Notes under the pieces: model-generated
Told to the model about the DNA's origin: nothing
The model's database searches: none
Seen by the model: the letters and a program-made list of their open reading frames with translations, nothing else
Shown here: positions 1 to 10,400 of the stretch, piece by piece
How positions within the stretch are numbered: the stretch's first letter is position 1
Layout: every line of letters begins with the position of its first letter
Program-made: the position numbers and the translations under genes
Assembly: GCA_965204755.1 (NCBI GenBank)
Contig: OZ242011.1
Span: forward strand, 1,792,001-1,856,000
Source of the DNA: Candidatus Marinacidobacterium sp.
GTDB taxonomy: Bacteria; Acidobacteriota; Vicinamibacteria; Marinacidobacterales; Marinacidobacteraceae
Direction of reading: 5' to 3'
DNA: 64,000 nt

Positions 1-1131
1 CTGTTCCCGGAATTCCACCGGGCGTTCCCGCGGCGCGAGCCGGCCGCTCCCGGCCGACCGGGGCCGCCGCCTCCCACGATCGCGAACCCCGCGTACCTGC
101 TGGCCGCGCTGACTCGCTTGGCGGGCGGGCGAGCCGACCTCCTCTTCGCCGCCCGGGAGGACGAAGTCGTGGCCCGCGCCCCGGACCTGCTCGCCGGCCG
201 GGGAGGCGCCTCCTCACTCGAAGTCGTCCGCGGGAACGCACCCCCCGCCGCCCCGGCGCCCGCTCCGGGCGCCGACGACGCGACGGCGGCGGACGGCCCC
301 CGAACTCCCGCCGAGTCGCGCCGGCTCGCGCTCCACGCCCCGAACCCCGCCGATCGCGCGCGGGCCGCGGACGCCGCGGTGGAAGCCGACCCCGACGACC
401 CCGTCGCGCGACTGCTCCTCGGCTGTTCGCTCTCGGAACGAAAGGACCCGGCGGGAGCGGCGCGGGCCTTCCGGCTCGCCGCCGAGCGGGCCCCCGACCT
501 CGCCGCCGCCCACTTCGAACTCGGCAAGACCCTGATCCGACTCGACGACCTCGAAGGGGCGCTGGCGGCGTTTCGGCGGACGACCGAGACCCTGCCGGAA
601 TTCGCCTCCGGCTGGGCGAACGCCGGGGCGGCCCTCGGCGAGTTGGAGCGCCCGGCGGAAGCGCTCGCCGACCTGGAGCGCGCCGCCGAACTCGACCCGC
701 TCCACCACGCCCCGAGTTCCAACCTGGGCGTGACCCTGCGCGACCTCGGCCGCCTGGAAGAGGCGGAGGCGGCGTTCCGCCGGGCGCTGGAACTCGCTCC
801 GGACTTCGTCTTCGGCCGGTACAACCTGGCCGGCGTGGTCTATCTGCGCGGCCGGCACCGGGAGGCGGTGACCCTGTTCGAGGAGGCCCGCGCGAACGAC
901 CCGTCCGGCTCCGCCCGGCAGCGGCTGCTGCTGGCCGCCGCCCGGCTGGCCGCCGGCGACGAGGCCGGCGCCCTCGCCGAGTACGAGGGGACCTTCGCGT
1001 CGCTCGACGGCCGGATGCGGGAAGACATGCGGACGGTGGCCGAGTGGGACCTGAAGAACCTCGCCCGCCGCGTCGGCGTGAGCCCCGGACTCCGCCGCGC
1101 CGCCGACCTCCTGAAACGCGTCCGCGCCTGA
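1..1131 (+). CDS. TPR-repeat protein (5'-truncated by window edge)
   Basis: Frame is open from base 1. Multiple TPR units (AHFELGKTLIRLDDLEGALAAFRR; GWANAGAALGELERPAEALADLERA; NLGVTLRDLGRLEEAEAAFRRALEL). Confidence 0.85.
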   Translation: MFPEFHRAFPRREPAAPGRPGPPPPTIANPAYLLAALTRLAGGRADLLFAAREDEVVARAPDLLAGRGGASSLEVVRGNAPPAAPAPAPGADDATAADGPRTPAESRRLALHAPNPADRARAADAAVEADPDDPVARLLLGCSLSERKDPAGAARAFRLAAERAPDLAAAHFELGKTLIRLDDLEGALAAFRRTTETLPEFASGWANAGAALGELERPAEALADLERAAELDPLHHAPSSNLGVTLRDLGRLEEAEAAFRRALELAPDFVFGRYNLAGVVYLRGRHREAVTLFEEARANDPSGSARQRLLLAAARLAAGDEAGALAEYEGTFASLDGRMREDMRTVAEWDLKNLARRVGVSPGLRRAADLLKRVRA

Positions 1132-1315
1132 GCGTCCGACCGCGCGCCGGGCCCGGACCGGGCGAGGATTCGCCAAGGAAATCCGGCGGCGGGGACGCCT
1201 CCCCGGACGGCGCTTGACTTGGGCCGTCCGTGCGTCTATAAGCACCGGTTCCCCGTCGGTTCCGCGACGGCCGAGTTTCTGCCTCCCGCGCGGAGGATCC
1301 GGGAGAACGCGAGAC

Positions 1316-2803
1316 ATGAACCAACCCGAACGATCCGCCCGTCGGCTGCCCGCCGCCGCGCTGCTGCCCGCCGCCGCCGCGCTGCTCCTCGCCGCCGGCG
1401 CCGCCCCGGCGCAGGAATCCGCCGCGCGGCAGCAGAACGAGACCGTGGACGAGAGCCGGAAGCACCCGCTGCTCCCGGACCACGAAATCCTGAACGAGTT
1501 CGGGGTCATCAGTTCGAGCGGCCACGACGACGGCGGCTGGAACCTGCCCCCGGAACTCCGGGTTCCCGAGCAGTACCAGTACCGGCGCCGCGACCTCCAG
1601 TTGAAGGAGGTGGACCTCACCGGGAACCAACTCCCGCCGGTGCTCACCGAGATGCGCGTCCTCTCCAAGGAAGTCGCGCCGGGCGGCGAAGTCCGGGCCA
1701 TGGCCCGGGTAGTGTCCCCCTACAACAAGGCGCAGTCCTTCGTCTCGCTCTTCTACAACCGCGAGTTGGGCCGGGCGGCGACGATGTACATCAACTTCAA
1801 GCCCAACGAGAAGGACGACACCCTGTTCCTCGGCCGGGGCAAACTCTCGAAGTACGCGGCCCCCGGGCGCTATGTGGTCGGCACCACGATCATCGCGGAC
1901 AAGGTGGGGGACCGGAAGGCCTACTGGGCGGACTTCCACACGGCGATGCAGGAAGACGACGGCCAGCCCATCGGGTTCCAGGTCACCCAGGGTGACAGCG
2001 TGGACATCCAGGCGCCGACCTTGGTCTCGGTGGAAGTCGAGACCGACCGCGTCCGCGCCGGCGGCGGGCTGATCCGCTACAGCGTGCTGTCCGAGGACGA
2101 TGTCTCCGGGCCCACCGAGGCCGAGACGGTCTGGGTGTCCCCCTCGGGCTACCACCAGATCCGCTCCACCATGGTCATGGTGGGCGGCCAGCCGGGCCTC
2201 TTCCGCGGGGCGCTCCAGATCCCGCAGTGGTACGAGGGCGGGGAGTGGTACCTGATGCGGGTTTCGCTCAAGGACAACGCGACGAACATCCGCTACTACT
2301 TCAACCGCACCGAGCCGAAGATGGCGGCGGCCACCGTCCAGGTGGACCAGGAGCGGGAGATGGTGGACCAGACCCCGGCGAAGGTGCTGGCGGTGCAGTT
2401 CACCAAGACGGAAGCCAAGTTGGGCGAAGAAGTGGGGATCACCGTCCTCGCCGAGGACGACCTCTCCGGAGTCCGCGGGCTCGAGGGCTATGTCCGCTCG
2501 CCGAACGGCGCGGACGCGCTGAAGGTCAAGTTGAAGAGCCTCACCCCGGAGATGGGCGGCTATGTGGCGCTGAACCGGCCGTCGAAACTGCCGGAGCCCC
2601 ACATCTGGACCGGCTCGTTCACCGTGACGGACACGATGGAGTGGGGGGAATGGGAACTGGTGCGGCTCGGCATCTCCGACGCCGCCCGCAACTTCTACAC
2701 TTACTACGAGGGCCGGGACCCGGAGATCGAGGGCATCTCCGTCCGGTTCTACGACGAAGACACCGAATCCGCCGAGTCCGGCGGAAAGGAGGATCCTCGA
2801 TGA
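1316..2803 (+). CDS. Secreted protein with three tandem Ig-like beta-sandwich repeats
   Basis: ATG at 1316 followed by an Ala/Leu-rich Sec signal ending APA|Q. Three ~110-aa repeats with D..AP.L..V, EDD.SG, G.W...., D.A.N...Y motifs. Confidence 0.75.
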   Translation: MNQPERSARRLPAAALLPAAAALLLAAGAAPAQESAARQQNETVDESRKHPLLPDHEILNEFGVISSSGHDDGGWNLPPELRVPEQYQYRRRDLQLKEVDLTGNQLPPVLTEMRVLSKEVAPGGEVRAMARVVSPYNKAQSFVSLFYNRELGRAATMYINFKPNEKDDTLFLGRGKLSKYAAPGRYVVGTTIIADKVGDRKAYWADFHTAMQEDDGQPIGFQVTQGDSVDIQAPTLVSVEVETDRVRAGGGLIRYSVLSEDDVSGPTEAETVWVSPSGYHQIRSTMVMVGGQPGLFRGALQIPQWYEGGEWYLMRVSLKDNATNIRYYFNRTEPKMAAATVQVDQEREMVDQTPAKVLAVQFTKTEAKLGEEVGITVLAEDDLSGVRGLEGYVRSPNGADALKVKLKSLTPEMGGYVALNRPSKLPEPHIWTGSFTVTDTMEWGEWELVRLGISDAARNFYTYYEGRDPEIEGISVRFYDEDTESAESGGKEDPR

Positions 2804-4128
2804 TGGATCGTCGCGATTTCTTCAAACTGGGCGCGGCCGCCGGCGCCGGCGCGGTGCTCAGCACCCGGAACGCCGCCGGGAGCCCCATCTTCGAGGCGGG
2901 GGCCGGAATCCCGCAGGGCGGGATGGTGCTGCCGGAGAACCCCGGCTTCAAGACGAAGCACCTGGTCACCGTCATCCTCGGGAACGGCGCCCGGAAGAAC
3001 GATGTCATCGACAGTCCGGAGCACTCCCCGTTCCAGACCTCGATGATCGGGGACGCCACGGTCTTCACCGAGGACTACGGCGAGACCGCCAACCTCCACG
3101 GCTACATGTACACCGAGGTCCTGAGCGGTCGCGACGCGCCGGCCCAGCGGCCCCGCTACCCCACCTGGTCCGAGTACATCCGGAAGAAGACCGGGGGCAA
3201 GGCGACCGACTACTGGACGCTCCAGGGGGCGTCGTACTACCGCGCCTGGACCTGGGATGTGAAGCACTTCAGCCAGCATCCCGAGTACGGCGCGAAGCAC
3301 GGCTCCACCAGCCTCACGATGAACCGGATCTTCTATCCGGAGCAGAGCCTCACCGCCGAGCAGATCGTGGACCTGAATGTGGAGAAGGGTCTCGGCCACA
3401 CGCCGAAGGAGCGCAAGCAGGTCGAGGACTTCATCGCCGATGTGCTGGCGCGGAAGACCTACCTCCCGCCGTCCACCAAGGAGCCGGTCATCCAGCGCGA
3501 GATCCCCTACGGGGACGCGCAGGTGCTGACGCTGGTGCCCCAGATCCTCAAGGAGTTCAAGCCCCGGTCCATCACCGCGCAGATCCTCGCCCTCGACGAC
3601 GCGCACGCGGACTTCGGCTTCTGGGACTACAACACGGACTACTGGGAGTACATCAAGCACATCAAGACCACCGACGAACTCATCGGCAACCTCTGGAACG
3701 AGATCCAGTCCGACCCGTACCTGCGGGACACCACGGCGCTGGTCATCCGACCGGAGTGCGGCCGGGACGACGAGGTGAACATCTACGGACAGTTGGGCCA
3801 CAGCCCGGGCAACTACTACGCCCACTATGTGTGGCTCATGGCGCTCGGCCCGGACTTCAAGAAGGGCCACACCGTCACCGAGCGGGTGCAGCGGCGGGAT
3901 GTCGTCCCGACCCTCACCTACCTGATGTCCGGGGAGAACGCCGAGTACGCCACCGGCCATGTGCGCACCCAGATGTTCCGGGACGAGTACGGCCTCCCGC
4001 CGTACATCCTCCCCCCGACCGCCGAGGTCAAGGAGCCCGCGGTGGACTGGGAGAAGATCGTCGAGGAACGCCGGACCGCCGAGAAGGTGAAGGAGTTCGC
4101 CCGCTCCACCGTCGGCTACGGCGACTGA
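2800..4128 (+). CDS. Tat-exported alkaline-phosphatase/sulfatase-superfamily-like protein
   Basis: ATGA overlap with the upstream stop. Twin-arginine signal MMDRRDFFK. AP-fold-like segments (HLVTVILGNGAR, LDDAH, TDELIGNLW, TALVIRPECGR, GH, GPDFKKG, DVVPTL). Confidence 0.65.
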   Translation: MMDRRDFFKLGAAAGAGAVLSTRNAAGSPIFEAGAGIPQGGMVLPENPGFKTKHLVTVILGNGARKNDVIDSPEHSPFQTSMIGDATVFTEDYGETANLHGYMYTEVLSGRDAPAQRPRYPTWSEYIRKKTGGKATDYWTLQGASYYRAWTWDVKHFSQHPEYGAKHGSTSLTMNRIFYPEQSLTAEQIVDLNVEKGLGHTPKERKQVEDFIADVLARKTYLPPSTKEPVIQREIPYGDAQVLTLVPQILKEFKPRSITAQILALDDAHADFGFWDYNTDYWEYIKHIKTTDELIGNLWNEIQSDPYLRDTTALVIRPECGRDDEVNIYGQLGHSPGNYYAHYVWLMALGPDFKKGHTVTERVQRRDVVPTLTYLMSGENAEYATGHVRTQMFRDEYGLPPYILPPTAEVKEPAVDWEKIVEERRTAEKVKEFARSTVGYGD

Positions 4129-4162
4129 CCGAAGACACCAACAACAACACAGGAGTTCCGAA

Positions 4163-4438
4163 ATGGACGAACTGAACCGCCGCGCCTTCCTTCGGGGAGC
4201 CGGCCTCGCCTTCGCCGGCGTCGTCGGCGCCGCTTCCTTCGCCGCCGGGCAGCAGGAGGAAGAAGAGAAGAAGTCCGAAGAGGACTCGGACGAGCAGGAG
4301 GAGTTGGACTACGACGCCCTCTTCGCCGAGGACTCCGGGGACGAGGACACCCGGGCCTGCCCGCAGTGCGGCGCTCTCATGTACCGCCAGGGCCGGACCT
4401 GGACCTGCGAGAACTGCGGCTACTCGTATGTGGAGTAG
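4163..4438 (+). CDS. Small Tat-signal protein with acidic linker and C-terminal CxxC-x13-CxxC zinc ribbon
   Basis: AGGAG RBS at 4151. NRRAFL twin-arginine signal, E/D-rich linker, CPQCG...CENCGY. Confidence 0.75.
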   Translation: MDELNRRAFLRGAGLAFAGVVGAASFAAGQQEEEEKKSEEDSDEQEELDYDALFAEDSGDEDTRACPQCGALMYRQGRTWTCENCGYSYVE

Positions 4439-4533
4439 GCGGGCCGCCTAGGTACTTCTCGCCGGACGCCGGGTCGGCGCGTTTCGCGCCGGCCCGGTCG
4501 TCTTTTTCCGGCTCGTTCCGAAACGACCGGTTG

Positions 4534-4574
4534 ACCGCCCCTCCGGCCGCCGGGCCGGGCGGGGCGGTTTTCTT
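4534..4574 (+). terminator. Rho-independent terminator
   Basis: ACCGCCCC-TCCGGCC/GGCCGGG-C-GGGGCGGT hairpin followed by TTTCTT, between convergent genes. Confidence 0.6.
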
Positions 4575-4592
4575 GTACGCCGCGCGCCCCGG

Positions 4593-5390
4593 TCAGGCCG
4601 GCGGCGGGATCAGGTGGTGGCCGAGGGTGAGGAAGAGGATGACGGCGACCGCGTGGATCGTGTGTTCCGCGCTGCCTCGGCGGTAGATCCAGTAGGCGAG
4701 GGCGCGGGTCGGCGAACGGCCGGCCATCACCGCGCGGGCGTAGTAGATGCGCTGGACGGCGATGAGGTTCGCGAAGACCGCCAGCACGATGAGCGCGAGG
4801 TGGGCGTTCCCGCCCAGCAGCCCGATGATGACCGACACCGTGCGCTCCGGACGCTCCATGAACCCGACCGCGCACTTCGGGATCAGGATCTCCGCCCGGG
4901 CCCGGGCGTAGGAGGTCGCCACCGTCCCCACCGCGGCCAGGCACCAGAGAACCAGGTAGAGGTCCCGGGGCGCGCCTTCGAGGCGCCAGAGGAGCCAGAC
5001 CAGCAGCCCGAAGAGCAGCACCATGTCCGCGTAGCGGTCCACCACCGAGTCGAGGTAGGCGCCGAAGCGGGTCTCGCCGCCGGAAATGCGGGCCACCGCC
5101 CCGTCCAGCGAGTCGAACATGCCGCCGAGCAGCACCACCCAGCCGGCGACCCACTGTTCGCCCCGGACGAGCGGCCAGAACACCAGCATCAGCGCCAGCG
5201 GCCCGGTGAGCGTCACCGCGTTCGGCGGGATGCGCGCCCGGATGATGCCCCGGGCGAGCCCGTCGCGGATCCACGCCAGCGAGTTCGCCGCGATCACGCC
5301 CAGCCGGAAGAAGAACCGGATCAGCGGGCCGCGCCCGGCGGCGGCGGCGTTGGCGTCCCCCGGCGGTTCGGGCGGCGGCGCGGAGTCCAC
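4593..5390 (-). CDS. CDP-alcohol phosphatidyltransferase (PI/PIP-synthase-like)
   Basis: Signature DSLDGAVAR-x-GAYLDSVVDRYAD; SYARARAE and GFMERPER segments; several TM helices. Confidence 0.88.
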   Translation of the reverse strand: MDSAPPPEPPGDANAAAAGRGPLIRFFFRLGVIAANSLAWIRDGLARGIIRARIPPNAVTLTGPLALMLVFWPLVRGEQWVAGWVVLLGGMFDSLDGAVARISGGETRFGAYLDSVVDRYADMVLLFGLLVWLLWRLEGAPRDLYLVLWCLAAVGTVATSYARARAEILIPKCAVGFMERPERTVSVIIGLLGGNAHLALIVLAVFANLIAVQRIYYARAVMAGRSPTRALAYWIYRRGSAEHTIHAVAVILFLTLGHHLIPPPA

Positions 5391-5530
5391 GAAAACGGGT
5401 TGCTCTCCGGGGCGGGCCCGATCTCGGAGACGAAGCGGGGGCGGGCTCGATTTCCCCCGGGGGCCGGACCGTCGAGGAGGAATAGCATAAGCGCGAGAAT
5501 GCCTTTCGCCGCCGCCGTCCGCCGCTCCGG

Positions 5531-6433
5531 ATGAGCGGTCGGCCGCTGGTCGTCGCCAACCCGACCGCTGCCGGGGGCCGGAGCCGGAGCCGCTGGCGCG
5601 AGGCGGCGGAACGCTTCGCGCAGCGCCTCGGCCCTCCCGACCTGGTGTGGACCGACGGGCCGGGACACGCGGAACGGATCGCCCGGCGCGAAGGCGGTTC
5701 CCGGGAGTTGATCGCCGCGTTCGGCGGAGACGGGACGGCGTCGGAAGTGGCCCGGGGGATCGCCGAGTCCGGCGGGAGCGCGCACTTCGGGGTCCTCCCC
5801 TGCGGGACCGGGAACGACTTCGCCGCCGCGGCGGGCATTCCCTCCCGGCTGTCCGAAGCGGTGGACCTCCTCGCCGACGCCGAGGCCCGGCGCACCGACC
5901 TGGGGGCGCTCCGGCTGGACGGCGGGGCGCCCCGGCGCTTCCTGAACAGTTGCTCGCTGGGGCTGGCCGCCGCCGTGGTCGAGCGAACCGCCTCCGGGTC
6001 GAAGCGGGCCGGAAAGGCGGCCTACGCCTTGGCGGCGGCGCGGGAAATCGTCGCCTTCGCCCCGCGGGTGGTCTTCCTCTCGCTGGACGAGGGGCCGGAG
6101 CGGCCGCGCCTGGTGCTGAACCTGTCCGTGCTGAACGCGCGGCGGTTCGGCGGCGGCATCCCGCTCGCGCCGGCGGCGGACCCCGGGGACGGGCGCCTGG
6201 ACGCGGTGGTCATCGGTCCGCTGCGGCTGGCGATCCTCCCGGACACCATCCTGCGGCTGGTCCGCGGCGTCCACTTCACCCGCCGGGAACTCGACCACCA
6301 CCCGGTCGAAGCGCTCGCGGCGCGCTGGGAGGGAGGCCCGGCCGCCCTGGAGGTGGACGGCGAACCGCTCCGGGCGGAAGAGCGGCTCGAAGTCCGGATC
6401 GCCCCCGGAGCGCTGGCGTTCCGCCGCCCCTGA
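5531..6433 (+). CDS. Diacylglycerol/lipid kinase family protein (YegS/BmrU-like)
   Basis: NPTAAGG, GGDGT, PCGTGNDF, N..RFGGG, DGRLD, EVDGE motifs. Confidence 0.9.
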   Translation: MSGRPLVVANPTAAGGRSRSRWREAAERFAQRLGPPDLVWTDGPGHAERIARREGGSRELIAAFGGDGTASEVARGIAESGGSAHFGVLPCGTGNDFAAAAGIPSRLSEAVDLLADAEARRTDLGALRLDGGAPRRFLNSCSLGLAAAVVERTASGSKRAGKAAYALAAAREIVAFAPRVVFLSLDEGPERPRLVLNLSVLNARRFGGGIPLAPAADPGDGRLDAVVIGPLRLAILPDTILRLVRGVHFTRRELDHHPVEALAARWEGGPAALEVDGEPLRAEERLEVRIAPGALAFRRP

Positions 6434-6442
6434 GTCCGGCGG

Positions 6443-7438
6443 TTACCGCCGCTCGAGCCAGCGGACGGTGTCGCGGAGCGTCTCCCGTCCGTCGCGGGGG
6501 GCGTGGCCGAGTTCCCGCGCGGCCTTGTCCGAGCGGAAGTGCCACCAGCAGCCGGCCATCTCCCGGCTGATCCGGTCCACCGCCGGTTCCCGCCCGAACT
6601 GGCGCGCCAACTCCTCGGAGACCTGCCCGCCCGCGGTGTAGACGCGTTTCGGGAGCGAGAGGCGCGGCCCCCGGACGCCGGAGACCTCGGCGAGAACCTC
6701 GAAGAACTCGCCGAACGACCAATTCTCGCCGCCGAGCAGGTACTTCTCCCCGGCCCGGCCCTTCTCCATCGCCGCCACCGTGGAAGCGGCGGCGTCCCGC
6801 ACATCCACGAAGTTGAGGCCCCCCGGGGGGACGACCCGGATCTGTCCGGCGAGGAAACGGAGGACATCGCCGGTGGAGGAGAGCCGCCGGTCGCCGGGCC
6901 CGAGCAGCAGCGACGGGTGGACGGTGACGACTTCCACCTCGCCGGCGGCCCCCCGGAGCGCCTGCTCCTGGAGCCACTTGCTCCGGTAGTAGGGCCAACT
7001 CCCGATCAGGCGGATCGGCGGCGGAGCGTCCTCGGCGGTGTCCGGCTCCGGCTCCTCGCTGACCGCGATCGTCCCGCTGGTCGAGACCAGGACGATGCGC
7101 CGGACCCCGGCCTCGCGGGCCGCCGCGGCCAGGCGCCGCGTCCCGTCCACATGGACCCGGCGGAGCGCCTCGGCGTCGTCCGGGTCGCGGGAGACGCGGC
7201 CAGCCAGGTGGAAGACCTGCCGGACGCCGGACAGCGCGGCGGCCACGGACTCCGGAGACTCCAGGTCGCCGGTGACGACTTCGACTTCCGGGGGAAGCGG
7301 CGGGTCGGGCGCCGCCGAGCGCGTCAGCGCGCGCACCGGCGCCTCGCGTTCGAGCAGGAGGGGAGTGACCCGGCTCCCGAGGAAGCCGGTCGCCCCGGTT
7401 ACCAGGACCGGGGAGGAGGGGCGGTGTCGTCTCGCCAC
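6443..7438 (-). CDS. elbE: NAD-dependent epimerase/dehydratase, ElbE-like
   Basis: VTGATGFLG, YYRSK, NFVDVRD motifs; directly downstream of the elbD-like gene as in the Myxococcus elb cluster. Confidence 0.75.
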   Translation of the reverse strand: MARRHRPSSPVLVTGATGFLGSRVTPLLLEREAPVRALTRSAAPDPPLPPEVEVVTGDLESPESVAAALSGVRQVFHLAGRVSRDPDDAEALRRVHVDGTRRLAAAAREAGVRRIVLVSTSGTIAVSEEPEPDTAEDAPPPIRLIGSWPYYRSKWLQEQALRGAAGEVEVVTVHPSLLLGPGDRRLSSTGDVLRFLAGQIRVVPPGGLNFVDVRDAAASTVAAMEKGRAGEKYLLGGENWSFGEFFEVLAEVSGVRGPRLSLPKRVYTAGGQVSEELARQFGREPAVDRISREMAGCWWHFRSDKAARELGHAPRDGRETLRDTVRWLERR

Positions 7439-7489
7439 GGAGCCCCCGCCTGCGCCCTGCCCTCGCAGCGAATCGGGTCGGCGGCGCGC

Positions 7490-10400
7490 TCAGCCCGCGA
7501 GGGCCGCGCCCACCGGCGTCTCTTCCGCCGTCTTCCGGGGCGGATCGTCGCCCGCCGACGGCGGCGGTTCTCCGGGGCTGCCGGCCACGAGCCGGTCGGC
7601 GATCTCCTCCACCCGGACGCGTTCGCCGCGCCCCAGGCGCTCCACGATCTCCTGGGTCAGCGCCGCCACCCGCTGCTCGCCGGCGGCGCTCCGGGCGCCG
7701 CCGCGGGCCGCGAACTCGGTGAGGAACTCGGGGGAGAGGAACGGGCCGATGCGCGCCGCCACCCGGCGCGACCGGAGGCTCACCGCCCCCGGCGGGAACG
7801 CGTTCCAGGTGTCGAGGTGCACCGGGAGGACCCCCACCCGGCAACGGAACGCCAGGTGCGCGAACCCCCGCCGGAACGGCTGGATCGCCCCGGTGCGCGA
7901 CCGGGTGCCCTCCGGGAAGACCAGCACGCTGTGCCCCTCGCGGAGGTAGCGGGCCGCCAAGTCGAGCGACCCCCGGAGCGAGCCGCGCCGCTCCATCGGC
8001 ACCAGGTTCGTGAAGTTGCCGAAGAAGGCGCGCTTCACCCGGTTGTCGAAGAAGTAGTCGGCGGCGGCGAGCGCGATCAGGTTCCCGCCGGCGTCGCCGA
8101 GCGCCATCTTCACGAGCCCCATGTCCAGGTGCGACGAGTGGTTCGCCACCACCAGGCAGTGGGTGTGGCGGGGGATGTGCGCCCGGCCGGTGAAGGTGGG
8201 GTCGAGCACCCGGTAGTAGAACCAGCGCTGCACCTCGGTGAGGCTCCGGCGCCCGGCCTTCGCCACCGCCGCCGGGATCTCGATCTCCTCCCGCTCCCGC
8301 TCCGGCGCCCGGCTCGCGCGCTTCGCGGCGGCGGGCCGACCGGAACGGCGGGCCGTCCGCAGCGCCCCGGCCAGGTCGCCGACGGTCGCGAAGTTGGCGA
8401 GCGACTCGGGCGCCGCCGCTTCGCCGAATTCGCTCTCCAGCGCCGCCGAGAGTTCGTTGTACATCAGGCTGTCGAAGCCGAGTTCGGCGAAGGAGGACGC
8501 CGGCCGCACCTCCGCGGCCGGCCGCTCGCAGATCCCCGCCACGAGTTCCAGCAGGCGGTCCTGCGAGGCCCCCTCCTCCTCCGAGGTCTCCGCTGCCTTC
8601 CGGCGGCGGCCCTCCAGCCACTTCAGGAGTTCGCCCCGCTTCACCTTGCGGGTGGTCGTCCGGGGCAGCGCCTCGTCCCGGAACTCGACGGTCTTGATGC
8701 GCTTGAACAGCGGCAGCCCCGCGGACACCTCGCGCAGGTGGGCCTCGACTCTCGCCCGGCCGGCGTCGGTGCGCTCCTTCGGCACCACGACCGCGGCGAC
8801 CTGTTCCGCCGCGCCGTCGGGCAGCCCCACCACCGCCATCTCCGCGATGAGCGACTCCTCGGCGTAGGTCTCCTCCACTTCCTCGGGGTAGATGTTGCGG
8901 CCGCCCCGGTCCACGATGACTTCCTTCCGCCGCCCCACCAGGAACAGGTTCCCGTCGGCGTCCAGCCGGCCGAGGTCGCCGGTGTGGAGCCAGCCGTCCA
9001 CGAGCGTCTCGGCCGTCGCCTGTTCGTTGCCGTAGTAACCGGCCATCACATTCGGCCCCCGGGCGACGACTTCCCCCACGCCGGCGGCGTCCGGCTCGGC
9101 GATCCGGATCTCGATGCCGGTCAGCGCCCGCCCGACGCTGCCCGCCGGCGTCCGTTCGCCGGGGCGGGTGACCGTGAGCACCGGCGCCGCCTCGGTCAGC
9201 CCGTACCCCTGCGCCAAGTGGAATCCCAGGCCGCTGAAGGTCTTCCAGGTCGCCTCGGAGAGCGCCGAGGCGCCGCTGATCAGGTAGCGGAGCCGGCCGC
9301 CGAGGGCGGCGTGCACCGGGAAGAAGACCGCCGGACCCAGGTTCACCCCGGTGTCTTCGCGCAGCAGGTGCGCCGCGTCGAGCAGCGCGGTGACCAGGTC
9401 CTCGACCCGCTTTCCCCGCTCGGCGAAGGGCGCGATGATCCGCCGCTTCAGCAGGTCCCACAGCGCCGGGACGCCGACGATGCAGGTGATGCGCCCCTTG
9501 CCCAGTTCGCGGTTGATCGCTTCCGGGCTGATCTCGTCGAGGTAGGTGATTTCCGCTCCCCGCGACAGCGGCAGCAGGAAACCGGTGGTGAATTCGAAGG
9601 AATGGTGCAGCGGGAGGATGCTGAGCGCGCCGTCGCTCGAGCCGATGTCGTAGATGGACACCAGTTTGGCGACCAGACTGGTGAAGTTGCGGTGGGACAG
9701 CATCACGCCCTTCGGGGTTCCGGTCGTTCCCGAGGTGAACAGGATGGACGCCAGGGAACTCGGCGCCCCCGGCCCGGGAAGCGCCGCCGCCGCTTCCGCC
9801 TCCGCTTCGGCGTCCCCGATCTCGAACACTTCGGCGAACGAGCGGATCTCGAACGGGGGCGCTCCGCGACCCTCGCCGAGTTTCTTCCCGGCGGTCCGGA
9901 AGAGGGCATCGCTCAGGAGCAGCGCCTTCGCGTCACCGAGGCGGAGGACGCGGAGGATCTCCTTCGGCCGCAGGTCGCGGTCGAGCGGAATCGCCGTCGC
10001 CCCGATCCGCTGGACGGCGAAGTACGCCATGCCCCATTCCGGGGAGTTCTCGCCGATCAGGCCGATATGGTCGCCGGCGCCGTAGCCGAGTTTCGCGAGG
10101 AACACCGCGCCTCGCTCCACGCATTCGCGCAACTCCGCGTAGGTGTACCGCTCTTCGCGGCCGTTCCGGGTGATGCGCATGGCCACCCGGCCGGCATGGT
10201 TCTTGGTGCAGGCCTCGAACAGTTCGCCGAGCGTGCGGTAGGCGTACGCCTTCCGGGTCCGGGCCCGCTGCCGGGCTTGGTCCTCGAGGGCCGGGAAGAC
10301 GAACCGCTCGAGCCCGGGCAGGTGGACATGGAGCCAGTAGTGGTACCAGTCCAAGTCTTCCGGACGGAAGAAGAGTTTGTCCTCGTTCCCGTCCAGCCGG

